Shown here in pieces: positions 63,801 to 64,000 of a stretch of 64,000 bases of DNA. The notes beneath the pieces are model-generated. The model was not told where the DNA came from. It saw only the letters and a list, made by a program, of their open reading frames with translations, and searched no databases. Every line of letters starts with the position of its first letter. The stretch's first letter is position 1. Location: the NCBI RefSeq assembly GCF_964355755.1, contig NC_092676.1:2299788-2363787 (forward strand). The letters run 5' to 3'. The position numbers were made by a program, and so were the translations under genes. This stretch comes from Antedon mediterranea (Eukaryota > Animalia > Echinodermata).

Positions 63801-64000
63801 GTGTAAAATGGTTAGGGGCTTTGTACGCTTGAATGAACCTGACTCCTTTGCGGCGGTGACTAGTGGAAATTCCTGAGCCTTCCGTAGTAGAGAGATTAAA
63901 TTACAACACAGTGTTTGAAATCGGGAAAACACACCTGACTTCAATTTGAAAAACTCGCACAAGCAGACGATCTTGTCGCGCCATGCGCGATCTATTCTGT

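Noticed and set aside
61920-64000. Further RSK exons or a separate gene
   Set aside because: No kinase motif or convincing in-phase exon. It looks like intron with G-run repeat remnants, though an alternative first exon ending near 63761 cannot be excluded.

Overview
AT-rich, intron-containing animal genomic DNA. It is probably a marine invertebrate deuterostome such as an echinoderm; this is inferred from repeat style and gene structure and is not proven. The window has three zones. (1) 1-25.6 kb: a near-perfect tandem array of composite modules, all on the minus strand. The modules are a Ty3/Gypsy LTR end with tRNA-His primer-binding site and gag fragment, a Smad4-like MH1 exon in two distinct versions (9 copies), and intron-containing adhesion-GPCR pieces (Ser/Thr stalk, HormR, GAIN, GPS, TM1). 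Periods are about 2.92 kb and 4.49 kb, with an 8,625-bp higher-order repeat. (2) 25.6-37.5 kb: debris, including a 133-bp minisatellite, a long palindrome, a 5'-truncated Rex1/Babar-type LINE, a disrupted intronless N4BP2-like copy, a SINE, MITEs and an L2/Crack fragment. (3) 38-64 kb: ordinary + strand genes, namely eIF1A (5 coding exons), macoilin/TMEM57 (11 exons) and the first two exons of a p90 RSK. Their introns carry a Merlin-type element flanked by a ~395-bp duplication, many MITEs and apparent transposon excision footprints. No rRNA, intact tRNA or CRISPR array was seen. All identifications come from manual reading and recalled motifs; no searches were run.
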